Made by a program: the position numbers and the translations under genes | Origin: Candidatus Latescibacterota bacterium | Lineage (GTDB): Bacteria > Latescibacterota > UBA2968 > UBA8231 | Reading direction: 5' to 3' | DNA: 64,000 nucleotides | Assembly (NCBI GenBank): GCA_965219385.1 | Contig: CBDCNM010000002.1 | Coordinates: 1,730,936 to 1,794,935 of the forward strand | Part shown: positions 9,972 through 19,754 of the stretch, one piece after another | How positions within the stretch are numbered: the first letter of the stretch is position 1 | How the letters are laid out: each line of letters starts with the position of its first letter | Notes under the pieces: generated by a model | Seen by the model: the letters and a program-made list of their open reading frames with translations, nothing else | The model's database searches: none | Told to the model about the DNA's origin: nothing

Positions 9972-12900
9972 TCATCGAGCAACTACGACTACCGCGCTAC
10001 CTGTAGAGCAGTTGTTCCGGATATTGACCTCCCCGCCGACGGGCTGCACGCAGGCTCCGTAGTAGTAGGTCCCCGGACTCGACGGCGCCGTCAGCCGGAT
10101 CAATTTGAAAGTGGTGCCCGGGGCGGACAAACCGCGCACCGGCCCCGTGCCCACCTCGGTGTCGTCGCTGGTGATCGTAGAATCGGTCGAGCGGTAGTAG
10201 CGCAGCGTCGCCGGTGCCGTCGGCGCGTTCCCCCGGTTGTGGATGGTGACCGACAAGGTCAAGGATTGACCCGGAGCCGGGCGGGGCGGGTTCACCGAAA
10301 GGGAGGCGGCCACCAGGTCCGGGACCAGGATTTCCAGGGCCAGCCCCACCGGTTCGCTCAATCCGGTGACGAGGTCTTCGACCCGCGTGCCGTCGAGGTT
10401 GGACCGCAGGATTTTCTTCGTGCCCCGGTCCGTCCAGTACAGCTTGCCTCCGGCCGAGTCGAGGGCCAGACCTATTGCTGGATCACCCAATCCGGAGACA
10501 ATTACGTCTTCAACTTGGGAGCCGTCCAGGTTGGCTCGCTGAATCCTCATCGTGCCCGGGTCCGCCCAATATACCTTGCCCCTGGCTAGGTCCAGGGCCA
10601 GGCTCCATGGGGCGTTCAACCATTCGTAGACGAGAGTTTCTGAATCGGAGCCGTCGAGGTTGGCCCGCTCGATGCTAGAGTAGCCCGTGTCTGTCCAGTA
10701 CATCTTTCCGGCGGCCAGGTCCAGAGCGAGCCCTCCCGGATCGCTCACTTCGCTGGGGTCGGTCAAGAGGTCCTCGACCTGGGTGCCGTCCAGGTTCGCC
10801 CGTTGAATCCTGCCCTCGATCGTCCTGCCGTCTTCCTCGGTCCAGTCGTCTCCCGTCCAGTACATCTTGCCCCCGTTGACGTCCAGGGCCACGGCTCTTG
10901 GACCGACAGATCCGGTGGTGACGAGGTCTTCGACCTGGGAGCCGTCCAGATTTGCCCGCTGGATCTTGAAAGTACCTACATCCACCCAGTACATCTTGCC
11001 TCCGGCGACATCCAAAGCCAAGCCTCTCGGATAATCCAATCCGGTGGTGACGAGGTCTTCGACCTGAGAGCCGTCCAGGTTCGACCGCTGGATCTTAAAG
11101 GTTCCCACGTCCGTCCAGTACATCCTGCCCCGGCTCTCGGGTACGGGTTCCGTCACTTTCACCTCGAAGTTCTGCGTGGTGGAGATGCCGCTGGCATCAC
11201 TCGCCGTCACCGCCACCGTGGCGAGACCGAGCCCTGCCGGGCTGATCGTCAACTGGCGGCCGGACAGGCTCACCGCCGCCACGCCGGGGTCATCGGACTG
11301 CACTTTGAAGGTGACCTCGGTCCCCTCCGGGTCGCGGGCGAACAGGTCGATCCGAAGGATTTCATCCTCTTCGAGACTCTGCTTGCCGATGAGATCCAGC
11401 ACCGGCGGGCGATTCACACTGACCTCCAGCAGACCGGGAAGGTCCAGGGCCAGACCCCGTGGAGCGCGCAGTCCGCTGGTAAGAAGCTCTTCGACCTGAG
11501 AGCCGTCGAGATTCGACCGCTGAATCTTAGCGCCTTCCGTCCAGTACATCTTGCCCCCGGGAATCACCAAGACGAGATCCGCTGGAGCGCGCAGTCCGCT
11601 GGTAAGAAGCTCTTCGACCTGAGAGCCGTCGAGATTCGACCGCTGAATCTTGGCGCCTTCCGTCCAGTACATCTTGCCCCCGGGAATCACCAAGACGAGA
11701 TTCGCTGGATAGCGCAGTCCGGTAGTTACAAGGACTTCGACCCGTGAGCCGTCGAGGTTCGCCCGCTGGATCTTGTCCGTTCCCACGTCCGTCCAGTACA
11801 TCTTGCCCCCGGCCACATCCAGGGCCAGACCGGCTATCTGGCCTAATCCGGTAGTGACGAGGTCTTCAATTTGAGAGCCGTCGAGGTTCGCCCGCTGAAT
11901 CTTTCGCCAACTCTGGTCCGTCCAGTACATCTTGCCCCCGGCCACATCCAGGGCCAGACCGGCTATCTGGCCTAATCCGGTAGTGACGAGGTCTTCAATT
12001 TGAGAGCCGTCGAGGTTCGCCCGCTGGATCTTGTCCGTTCCCACGTCCGTCCAGTACATCTTGCCCCCGGCCACATCCAGGGCCAGACCGGCTATCTGGC
12101 CTAATCCGGTAGTGACGAGGTCTTCAATTTGAGAGCCGTCGAGGTTCGCCCGCTGAATCTTTCGCCAACTCTGGTCCGTCCAGTACATCTTGCCCCCGGC
12201 CACATCCAGGGCCAGACCGGCTATCTGGCCTAATCCGGTAGTGACGAGGTCTTCAATTTGAGAGCCGTCGAGGTTCGCCCGCTGGATCTTGTCCGTTCCC
12301 ACGTCCGTCCAGTACATCTTGCCCCCGGCCACGTCCAGGGCGAGGTCCGTCGGCTCCTCCAACCCGGTGGTGATCAGGTCCTCCACCTCGGAGCCGTCGA
12401 GGTTGGCCCGCTGGACCTTGGCCGTCCACCGATCCACCCAGTACATCTTGCCCTCGGGGACGACGATCACCGGGGCACCGATCCCGGCCGGCAGCGAGGG
12501 GTCGGTCGGATCGACACTGTAGGTGGCGATGAGATAAGCGTCGGTAATGTCGATGAGGCCGTCGTGGTTCACATCGCCCAGGGAGATGTCGCCGTTGTTT
12601 GGGATGGTGATCGAGGCATCGAGGCTGTACAAACCCACCAGCAGCGCGTCAATGATGTCGACCCGGCCGTTGCCGTCGACGTCGCCCAGGATCCTGCTCC
12701 CACTCGCGGCCGCCTTCATCGCGGTCGAGTCGGCGGCACCGGCGCGCGCTTCGACCACGATCTCCACCGGCCCGGCGCCGGTCCGGAAATCCGGGTCGAC
12801 ATGGGTGACCACATCGCGGCCCGAGACGGTCAGCCCGTAGACCGTCTCGGTCTCGGGCGCCGCCGATCTCGTCGAAATCCCGGGGGCTGGCGCGGCTCCG

Positions 12901-13460
12901 GGGACAGTTATCGGACCATCAATGAGCACCATCCGCCGGGTCTCGCTCAGCCCGCTTCCCCTGAGACGATAGAGATAAAGTCCCGCCGCCACGGCGCGAC
13001 CGGCCGCATCCGTGCCGTGCCAGGTCGCCGTGTGCAAGCCGGCCTGCTGTTCCTGGTCTACCAAGGTAGCGACGTGCTGCCCCAGCACGTTGAACACCTC
13101 CAGCCGCACATGGCCCGGCGCCGGCAACTGGTAGGGGATGATGGTGGAAGGATTGAACGGATTGGGGTAGTTCTGGAACAGCTCGAAACGTCGGGGCAGG
13201 GCATCGGCCTCCCCGGCCGGGTGAGGGGCGGCCAGAGAGAAATACCCCACCTCGTCCGTGGCGACGCCGAGGGAACGGGTCGGATCGGCCAGATCGTAGA
13301 GCCGGACCTGCACTCCGGCAGCGGCCTGCCCGGAGGCCAGCCGCACCCAGCCCTCAAGCTGCGGCTCGGGTGCTATCGCCCCGCCCCGCCCGCTCAACAA
13401 CACCAGCCCGAGGAGACCTCCAGTCACCGACTTCACAACTTGCCGGCTCCATACGCTCAT
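9972..13460 (-). CDS. Large secreted protein: FlgD-Ig/T9SS-like domain, dockerin-like domain, YWTD (LDL-receptor class B) repeats, Ig-like domain, C-terminal CARDB-like domain
   Basis: Signal-like N-terminus from ATG 13460; LFQNYPNPFNPST; GDVDGNGRVDIIDA and GDVNHDGLIDITDA; many GKMYWTD...KIQRANLDGS repeats; PDLVAASLSV...GTYYYGACV. Confidence 0.85.
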   Translation of the reverse strand: MSVWSRQVVKSVTGGLLGLVLLSGRGGAIAPEPQLEGWVRLASGQAAAGVQVRLYDLADPTRSLGVATDEVGYFSLAAPHPAGEADALPRRFELFQNYPNPFNPSTIIPYQLPAPGHVRLEVFNVLGQHVATLVDQEQQAGLHTATWHGTDAAGRAVAAGLYLYRLRGSGLSETRRMVLIDGPITVPGAAPAPGISTRSAAPETETVYGLTVSGRDVVTHVDPDFRTGAGPVEIVVEARAGAADSTAMKAAASGSRILGDVDGNGRVDIIDALLVGLYSLDASITIPNNGDISLGDVNHDGLIDITDAYLIATYSVDPTDPSLPAGIGAPVIVVPEGKMYWVDRWTAKVQRANLDGSEVEDLITTGLEEPTDLALDVAGGKMYWTDVGTDKIQRANLDGSQIEDLVTTGLGQIAGLALDVAGGKMYWTDQSWRKIQRANLDGSQIEDLVTTGLGQIAGLALDVAGGKMYWTDVGTDKIQRANLDGSQIEDLVTTGLGQIAGLALDVAGGKMYWTDQSWRKIQRANLDGSQIEDLVTTGLGQIAGLALDVAGGKMYWTDVGTDKIQRANLDGSRVEVLVTTGLRYPANLVLVIPGGKMYWTEGAKIQRSNLDGSQVEELLTSGLRAPADLVLVIPGGKMYWTEGAKIQRSNLDGSQVEELLTSGLRAPRGLALDLPGLLEVSVNRPPVLDLIGKQSLEEDEILRIDLFARDPEGTEVTFKVQSDDPGVAAVSLSGRQLTISPAGLGLATVAVTASDASGISTTQNFEVKVTEPVPESRGRMYWTDVGTFKIQRSNLDGSQVEDLVTTGLDYPRGLALDVAGGKMYWVDVGTFKIQRANLDGSQVEDLVTTGSVGPRAVALDVNGGKMYWTGDDWTEEDGRTIEGRIQRANLDGTQVEDLLTDPSEVSDPGGLALDLAAGKMYWTDTGYSSIERANLDGSDSETLVYEWLNAPWSLALDLARGKVYWADPGTMRIQRANLDGSQVEDVIVSGLGDPAIGLALDSAGGKLYWTDRGTKKILRSNLDGTRVEDLVTGLSEPVGLALEILVPDLVAASLSVNPPRPAPGQSLTLSVTIHNRGNAPTAPATLRYYRSTDSTITSDDTEVGTGPVRGLSAPGTTFKLIRLTAPSSPGTYYYGACVQPVGGEVNIRNNCSTGSAVVVVAR
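11461..11706. repeat. Two near-identical 123-bp tandem units (41-aa YWTE repeats)
   Basis: GGAGCGCGCAGTCCGCTGGTAAGAAGC recurs at 11461 and 11584. Confidence 0.9.
11746..12340. repeat. 129-bp tandem repeat, about 4.6 units alternating A/B (258-bp higher-order period)
   Basis: GAGCCGTCGAGGTTCGCCCGCTG at 11746, 11875, 12004, 12133 and 12262; units alternately encode TDVGTDKIQ and TDQSWRKIQ. Confidence 0.95.
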
Positions 13461-14039
13461 AGCATCTAGCTCTTTGTTGTCCACACCCAAAACAAATTCG
13501 ACCAGCCACCCCCACACCGTCCGCCAGCCCCCGAGGCGCACAGCAGCCGACGCAACTGTTACTCGCACAAGTGTTTAGACCCCAACCGAGCCAGCCCTTG
13601 AAGCGTCGTTTTACCGGGAAAAAATTAAAGATCAGATGATGACGAAACCGGAAAAATGGTTGCGTGCCGCGCAGGAAATAGCGTACATTTGGAGGGCAGT
13701 CGAGTCAGGTTTAGCATCGGGGTGGCTCAGGCTTAAAGGGTACTTTTGTGGGTGTCGCTCTAAAAAATATAGGGCAACTCCGGTGCTTTTCCTATGCCTA
13801 CCTGTCGTTTTCAAGTACATTACCTAGCCCACTGGGAGGTCCGACTCATCAGCAACAATGGAGGCATACGATGGAAGGTCCATCGAATCTATCTACCACC
13901 ACCAAAGGAAAGGAGCTTTATATGGTCCCTGAGAAGCCACGTGCAAGAATAGATTTGGACGGGGGAGAATGGGAGCCCAGATGAGGGCCAAAGTCGAGTT
14001 GAAAGCATCTCTTAAAAACAAACGGAGGAATCTTCTCGT

Positions 14040-16664
14040 ATGAAACGCGCACTTAGTCTTAAAATGTTCGCTCTTGCACTTGGTTTCACCGCACTGCTTT
14101 CCATGAGTGTCGTACCCGCGGTTCTGGCACAGGAAGTAGCTGAAGAGGCGGCGCAAGAAAAAGAAGAAATGATGCAGGAAGAAGAAGTGGTAGAGTTCGA
14201 AAAAGAGATAGTGCTCGAAGAACTGGTGGTGACCGGCTCCCGGGCGCAGGCGCGCTCGGTGACGGAGTCGGCGGTGCCGATCGACGTGATCAGCAGCGAA
14301 GAGTTCGTCAAGCAGGGGGGCACCGACCTGGCCGACCTGCTGAGAAATATCGTGCCCTCTTACAATGTCAACACCCAGCCAATCAGCGATGCGGGAACCG
14401 TTGTCCGGCCTCCCAACCTGCGGAGTCTGGCACCCGACCACGCGCTGGTACTGGTCAACGGCAAGCGCCGCCACCGCGCCGCGGTGATTCACTGGCTGGG
14501 CAATGGCGTCGCCGACGGCGCCCAGGGTCCCGACCTGTCTGTCATCCCGGCAATTTCCCTCAAACGAGTGGAAGTCCTGCGCGACGGTGCTTCGGCCCAG
14601 TACGGCTCCGACGCCATTGCCGGGGTGATGAACTTTCAGCTCAAAGACGCCTATCAAGGGATTTCCGTTGAAACCAAAGTCGGCAGTTTCCAAGACGGGG
14701 ATGGCAAATTCCTCGGCGACGGCGAGCTCTTCACCGTCGCCGCCAATATGGGCCTGGGCAACGAGAACGCCTGGGCCAACCTCAGCCTGGAATACGGCAA
14801 CTCGGGCGAAACCATCCGCTCGGTGCAGCGCGACGATGCCGCGGCCCTGACCGCCGCGGGCAATCTCGAGGTGGCCGATCCGGCCCAGATCTGGGGCCAG
14901 CCCTTTGTCAGGGACGACATCAAATTCTTCGCCAACTACGGCGCCAACCTCGGCGAGCGCCTCGATTTCTATGGTCACGCCAACTATGCCGGCAAGGAAA
15001 CGGAAGGGGGTTTCTATTTCCGCAATCCCCACACCCGCAGCGGCGTGTTCAAGGGGCCGCAGATCGAATGGAACGGCCAGCAGGTAGCCTCCCTGCTGAT
15101 CGGCGATCTGGACGGCCTGGGTCAGGGCAGCGAATGCGCCCAGGTGCCCATAATCGACAACAAGCCGGATCAGGAGGCCTGGCTGCAGGTGCGTGACGAT
15201 CCCAATTGCTTCTCGTTCCTGAAAATGTTCCCCGGTGGTTTCACCCCTCGATTCGGCGCATTCACTACGGATGAATCCGTCCTGCTGGGCCTCAATGGTC
15301 TCGAGGCAGAGGTATTGCGTTGGGACTTGAGCGCATCCTACGGACGGCACGAGGCCGACTACTTTATCTTCAATACGGTGAATGCCTCTCTGGGTCCCGA
15401 CACGCCGACCTATTTCGATCCTGGCACCTATGTCCAGTCGGACGTCAACCTGAACTTCGATGTCACGTATCCTGTCAACGCGCAGCTACTCCTCGCGGCG
15501 GGTCTCGAACGTCGAACCGAAACATTCGAGATCGTCGAGGGACAGATCGAGTCCTACATCATCGGCCAGCCTTTGGCCAGCCAGGGATTTCAGCCGGCCA
15601 CCAATGGGTTCTCCGGTTTCAGCAAGGTGGCCGCCGGGATATGGGATCGGACCAACACTGCCGTCTATGTGGAAGGTGACTTCATGCCCATGGACCGGTG
15701 GTTGCTTGGCGTGGCCCTACGCAACGAGAGCTTTGATGATTTCGGCACCACAGCCAACTACAAAGTGGCCACCAACTACGGAGTTACGGACGACCTGAGG
15801 GTGCGCGGCAGCTACAGCACCGGTTTCAGGGCACCCACACCCGGCCAGCAGAATGCTTTCAATATTACGACGGAATTCAACTTCGATAAGAACGATCTGG
15901 TGAACAACGGCACAGTTCCTTCTACCAGCCGCGCAGTTGGGCTGGTCCTCGGTTTAGATGGCGAGGGGCCAGCGCTCGATGCTGAAAAGTCGGTCAACCT
16001 CTCTGCGGGCCTCGTTGTTGATCTGGGCATCGCAAGTGCGACCATAGATTACTTTAATATCAAGGTGAGCGACCGCCTGACGGTCTCGCAAGACTTCGCC
16101 CTTACCGAGGAACAGAGAACCCAGCTAATCGCAGAGGGCTTAACCAGCGCGGCCGGTCTGCAGGAGTTCCGCTTCTTCACCAATGACTTCGACTCCGCCA
16201 CCAACGGGATTGACCTCGTTGTCTCGGCACCGGTGGGTTCGGGGATGCTGAGCCTCGCCTATAACTACACGAGCAGCGAAGTCACCGACCACAACCCGGA
16301 CGTTCTAGATGCTCTCCGGCTCCAGGAATTGGAGGAGAATCTTCCCAAGCAGCGCGGGAATCTGACCCTGACCCAGGCTTTGACCGATCGCTGGAACGGG
16401 CTGGGGCGGGCCAGCTACTTCGGCTCCTGGTACGACTCTGAGGACGATGAGACCTATAATGGCAAGGTCCTATTCGACCTCGAGACCAGCGTCTCCTTTG
16501 GTGACGATACGTCTGCCATAGCCATTGGCGCGCAGAACATTCTCAACACCTATCCAGACGAAAATCCAAACGCCGCCGCGACAATCGGCAACAGCTACAG
16601 CCAGTTCACCCCGTTCGGGTTCGGCGGCGCCTTCTGGTACGTGAAGTACAGCTACAGCCTTTAG
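14040..16664 (+). CDS. TonB-dependent receptor
   Basis: Signal peptide; LEELVVTGSR TonB box; plug motifs LVLVNGKRRH and RVEVLRDGASAQYGSDAIAGV; C-terminal beta-strand signature. Confidence 0.95.
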   Translation: MKRALSLKMFALALGFTALLSMSVVPAVLAQEVAEEAAQEKEEMMQEEEVVEFEKEIVLEELVVTGSRAQARSVTESAVPIDVISSEEFVKQGGTDLADLLRNIVPSYNVNTQPISDAGTVVRPPNLRSLAPDHALVLVNGKRRHRAAVIHWLGNGVADGAQGPDLSVIPAISLKRVEVLRDGASAQYGSDAIAGVMNFQLKDAYQGISVETKVGSFQDGDGKFLGDGELFTVAANMGLGNENAWANLSLEYGNSGETIRSVQRDDAAALTAAGNLEVADPAQIWGQPFVRDDIKFFANYGANLGERLDFYGHANYAGKETEGGFYFRNPHTRSGVFKGPQIEWNGQQVASLLIGDLDGLGQGSECAQVPIIDNKPDQEAWLQVRDDPNCFSFLKMFPGGFTPRFGAFTTDESVLLGLNGLEAEVLRWDLSASYGRHEADYFIFNTVNASLGPDTPTYFDPGTYVQSDVNLNFDVTYPVNAQLLLAAGLERRTETFEIVEGQIESYIIGQPLASQGFQPATNGFSGFSKVAAGIWDRTNTAVYVEGDFMPMDRWLLGVALRNESFDDFGTTANYKVATNYGVTDDLRVRGSYSTGFRAPTPGQQNAFNITTEFNFDKNDLVNNGTVPSTSRAVGLVLGLDGEGPALDAEKSVNLSAGLVVDLGIASATIDYFNIKVSDRLTVSQDFALTEEQRTQLIAEGLTSAAGLQEFRFFTNDFDSATNGIDLVVSAPVGSGMLSLAYNYTSSEVTDHNPDVLDALRLQELEENLPKQRGNLTLTQALTDRWNGLGRASYFGSWYDSEDDETYNGKVLFDLETSVSFGDDTSAIAIGAQNILNTYPDENPNAAATIGNSYSQFTPFGFGGAFWYVKYSYSL

Positions 16665-16781
16665 AAGCCGTCTCAAACCCCCCGGCGGCCAGCGGAATTT
16701 CAAGACAGCTTCTCGGGATTCAGCTCAGGATCTGACGAATAGGAACGCCGAGCAGCAATCCTTAAGAAGCTGTCTTGAAAC
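16663..16781. repeat. Short inverted-repeat (MITE/IS-end-like) sequences
   Basis: AGAAGCCGTCTCAAA...TTTCAAGACAGCTTCT hairpin after the TonB gene, AGAAGCTGTCTTGAAA at ~16765 and a related AGAAGCCGTCTTAAAA at ~7734. Confidence 0.45.
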
Positions 16782-16908
16782 TATGTTTTTCCAGGCAAGG
16801 CATTTGATTTGAGTAGCCGAAGGCGTGGTTACCGCCGCCTCGACGCCCGACCCAGATCCGTAACAAAAGGAAGAGCGCGTTCGCGTCTATGATCGGAATT
16901 GGTTGCCG

Positions 16909-17865
16909 ATGAGACAGATCGTGCGACAACTGGACATCCTGCGGACGCTGCAGGCGCGGCGCTACGGGATGAGTGCACGCGAACTGGCGGACGAGTACAA
17001 CGTAGATAGGCGCACCATACAGCGCGATCTGGGAGACCTGCGCGAGGCCGGATTTATACTGGACGAAAAACGGCGCGCCGATCAGCGCATCTACTACCAA
17101 CTACAAAAGGACACCAGGCTGCCGCTGAACTTCCCGATCATGGAGGTCGCGGCGATGATCTTTGCTGAGCGGGCCGGCATGGAACTGGTGGGGACCCCGT
17201 TCGGTGAGCACCTGCGGTCGGCGGTCCGCCGGCTGACCCAGGCCATGCTCCCGAAGATGCGGCAATTCCTGGAGCGCGCCGCGGAGGCCTACGTGCCGCT
17301 GGCGCGCGGGCACAAGCCGTACGAGGACGCCCGCGAGGTGCTCGAAAACCTGCACGAGGCCATGCTGGAGCGCCGCGTGTGCCGGGTGAGCTACCGCACG
17401 CCAGCGGCGGAGAGCGCCCGGCAGTACGAAATCGAACCGCTACGCCTCCTGCCGCACCGGGGTGGTCTGTACGTGATCTCGCGGATGCCCTACTACGACC
17501 AGTTGATCACGCAGGCGGTGGAACGCTTCGAGGCGGTGGAGGTGACGGAGGAGCGGTTCGAGCCGCCGGACCACCTGTCCATCGAGGAGCGGGTGAGCAA
17601 TGCCTTCGGGGTCTCGTCCGAGGAGCCCATGGACGTGGTGGTTCGGTTCGCCAAGGAGCAGGCGCCCTATATCCGCGAGCGGATCTGGCATCCCAGCCAG
17701 GAGCTGGAAGAGCTGCGGCTTCGAGCCGGCGGATTCTACGAGATCAGAAGCTGGGTGTTGAGCTTCGGAGCCGCGGCTGAAGTGCTGGAGCCGGAGGAAC
17801 TGCGGGAGGCGGTGCGGGAGGAGATGCGGGCGGCGCTGGGGCTGGATGACGAGAGTGCGACGTGA
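16909..17865 (+). CDS. WYL-domain transcriptional regulator (wHTH-WYL-WCX; PafBC/DriD/BrxR-like)
   Basis: HTH SARELADEYNVDRRTIQRDLGDL; WYL region VSYRT...IEPLRL...LYV; WCX motif IRERIWHPSQE...SWVLSFGAAAEVLEPEELR. Confidence 0.93.
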   Translation: MRQIVRQLDILRTLQARRYGMSARELADEYNVDRRTIQRDLGDLREAGFILDEKRRADQRIYYQLQKDTRLPLNFPIMEVAAMIFAERAGMELVGTPFGEHLRSAVRRLTQAMLPKMRQFLERAAEAYVPLARGHKPYEDAREVLENLHEAMLERRVCRVSYRTPAAESARQYEIEPLRLLPHRGGLYVISRMPYYDQLITQAVERFEAVEVTEERFEPPDHLSIEERVSNAFGVSSEEPMDVVVRFAKEQAPYIRERIWHPSQELEELRLRAGGFYEIRSWVLSFGAAAEVLEPEELREAVREEMRAALGLDDESAT

Positions 17866-17889
17866 TCTGTCGCCGGACTTCGATATATC
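17857..17889 (+). promoter_or_regulatory. WYL-box motif copy 1 (overlaps WYL stop codon)
   Basis: GCGAC-gtgatct-GTCGC, 10 bp, TATATC. Confidence 0.65.
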
Positions 17890-18009
17890 CGCAGAGGAAG
17901 GAGCAGCGACGGGGCTTGAACGGGCGCAGTCTTCGAAAGCCGACTGCTCTAAGCTGCCCAAACCATTAAGATACACAAATCAAAGGGGCTGACTGTATGA
18001 ACCAAATGA

Positions 18010-18216
18010 ATGCCAAGAAGATCTACACTTAACCGAAACAGCTTCCTGACTAGCTATGGCACTGAGTATATGGGCGGCAGAGGTACATATAGACTCATTG
18101 GTGAAACTTGGCGGTGGCTTCACGACGAACTAGGCTTACCCGATGAGGCGAGGAAAGTCGCAGAAGCGTATGTCAAACCTGACGGCAGGTATGCCTACGA
18201 GGAGGCCGAGGCATGA
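18010..18216 (+). CDS. Small hypothetical protein or remnant
   Basis: 68 aa ORF downstream of motif copy 1; no recognisable motif. Confidence 0.35.
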   Translation: MPRRSTLNRNSFLTSYGTEYMGGRGTYRLIGETWRWLHDELGLPDEARKVAEAYVKPDGRYAYEEAEA

Positions 18217-18276
18217 TATTCTATATTCGTAGAGCACAAGGAGGAAAAATGAATCTCACGCAGAAGAGGGATCATC

Positions 18277-18435
18277 GTGCAACACGTCTTTTTTAGACCT
18301 TGGGTCGGTGACAATTTTTCAGAAGGTGGCTTGTGGTCGAAGAAAATACTCGCCTATGGCGTGAGGCACCCATCTGCTGGCTTTAGTGGCTGGAGCTGGC
18401 ATCCGTTTGTCACACGTGCGATTGAATTAGCCTAG
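18277..18435 (+). pseudogene. Internally deleted remnant of a conserved protein (possibly UDG-like fold)
   Basis: GTG start after GAGGG; VFFRPWVGDNF...KKIL joined directly to a C-terminal-like VRHPSAGFSGWSW segment; only 52 codons. Confidence 0.4.
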
Positions 18436-18544
18436 CTGGTTGGGCAGCCTTCCAACGCTATAGCCTCGACGAACACGCCATCATCTTTCTTGAACGGAGG
18501 CTTTGTATATTGAAATATCGTAATCAATCTATATCTTATATGGT

Positions 18545-18826
18545 ATGTGGAGTGTTCTTGAACACCAAAGGGTGGATAAGCAGCTACAATCCATGCCCCA
18601 AGAAATCCTCAAGCGTTACGAAAAGTGGAAAGATATCGTTATGATCTCTGGTCCCGAAGGCTTGAGGCTTATCAAAGGGTTTCACGACGAAGTACTGCGG
18701 GGCCAATGGAAAGGACATAGGTCGTCCCGGCTCGGCCTTCACTATCGCGTCATATACAAAATTGAAGCCAGCGAAATTCTCGTGCAGGTTGTCAGTCTGA
18801 CAGCACATGACTACCGGAGACCGTGA
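18545..18826 (+). CDS. RelE/HigB-family toxin (type II TA)
   Basis: 93 aa; HDEVLRGQWKGHRSSRLG..YRVIY motif; directly upstream of an HTH antitoxin. Confidence 0.85.
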   Translation: MWSVLEHQRVDKQLQSMPQEILKRYEKWKDIVMISGPEGLRLIKGFHDEVLRGQWKGHRSSRLGLHYRVIYKIEASEILVQVVSLTAHDYRRP

Positions 18827-18827
18827 A

Positions 18828-19088
18828 ATGAAAAATTACCGTCGCGCCAAGAAGCAGATTGAGGTGTCTGTAGGTGAATCCGTCCGTATTATCCGCGGGC
18901 TTCAGGAGCTTAGCCAGAATGAACTCGCTCGACGCACTGGCATTCCCCAGCCTACTATTTCAGCCATCGAAAATAACCGCGTACAACTTGGGGTTGAGCG
19001 CGCCAAAGCGCTAGCGCAAGCCTTGCAATGCCATCCGGCTGTTTTGGTCTTCCCCGGTTGGGAGCTTAGAAAGACCGCAACCGCTTGA
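18828..19088 (+). CDS. HigA-like XRE/HTH antitoxin
   Basis: ATG 1 bp after the toxin stop; LSQNELARRTGIPQPTISAIEN HTH. Confidence 0.85.
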   Translation: MKNYRRAKKQIEVSVGESVRIIRGLQELSQNELARRTGIPQPTISAIENNRVQLGVERAKALAQALQCHPAVLVFPGWELRKTATA

Positions 19089-19188
19089 GCGAAAGTCGCT
19101 ACGCCACGGCAACCGCTGACCACCGCAAGGAGCATAGATTCCTTGCCTCAACTCACGACAAACTCTCCGGTCCCATCGACATCTGCTG

Positions 19189-19404
19189 CTTCCTGAAGGC
19201 GTGTGCGAAGCGGCCTCATGCGCCAACCATTCCCGGCAGATTCTCCTGGACCATCCAGCGACTATTGCAAGGCCCCCTTCTCGGTCCGGTAGCATCGAGC
19301 TTCCGGTAGCCCTTGGTCGCAAGCGCGGTCAGCCGGGCGACCTTGGCGGAATTGATCCCCTCGTAAAAAAATTTCTGCCTGCGACGCGATCTGTCGCACC
19401 TCCT
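19189..19404. repeat. 216-bp direct repeat copy A, ending in WYL-box copy 2
   Basis: Near-identical to 24838-25053 (CTTCCTGAAGGCGTGTGCG...GCGACGCGATCTGTCGCACCTCCT). Confidence 0.95.
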
Positions 19405-19413
19405 AGGTAAGTT
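19381..19413 (+). promoter_or_regulatory. WYL-box motif copy 2
   Basis: tGCGAC-gcgatct-GTCGCa; TAAGTT begins 10 bp after GTCGC. Confidence 0.75.
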
Positions 19414-19519
19414 CCTTTTACCACAACCAGAAGGCGGAGGGATTTCTCCGCGACCTCTGCGGTGGCCGCTCTTGTGAATGTAAGCATGCGCACGCGGAGC
19501 GTGTTGTCTTTCTCAAGCA

Positions 19520-19744
19520 ATGTATCGAGAAGAGCGGCTATACAAGGTGAGCTTCAGCCTGCCCGGCTTTGAGGAAGACGTAAATAAAAAGAAGCTCGGC
19601 GCTCTGGTCGGTCTCGGCATCGTGTTCGGGAAGAAGCCCTGGCGCTTCGTGATCCGCACGCGCTACCACTGGATCGATAGACACGGCGAGTTCGATGCCT
19701 CAAACTTTCAGGTCACAATCGGCAGCGTGTGGGGGGCGCTATAA
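19520..19744 (+). pseudogene. C-terminal fragment of a probable outer-membrane beta-barrel protein
   Basis: Amphipathic strands (GALVGLGIVF, FVIRTRYHWI, FQVTIG); no signal peptide; its 3' end matches the sequence just before the second dnaB. Confidence 0.4.
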
Positions 19745-19754
19745 AAAGGAACCT

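Noticed and set aside
11461..12340. Regular repeats as a possible CRISPR array
   Set aside because: Units are 123/129 bp, in frame within a protein, with no unique spacers and no cas genes.
13600..14039. Riboswitch upstream of the TonB-dependent receptor
   Set aside because: I could not identify cobalamin, TPP or other conserved riboswitch cores by eye; an Rfam scan is needed.
16911..16927. Possible eighth WYL box at the WYL start (minus strand GTCGC-acgatct-GTCTC)
   Set aside because: The spacer matches but the left arm does not and no -10 follows; it may be chance within coding sequence.
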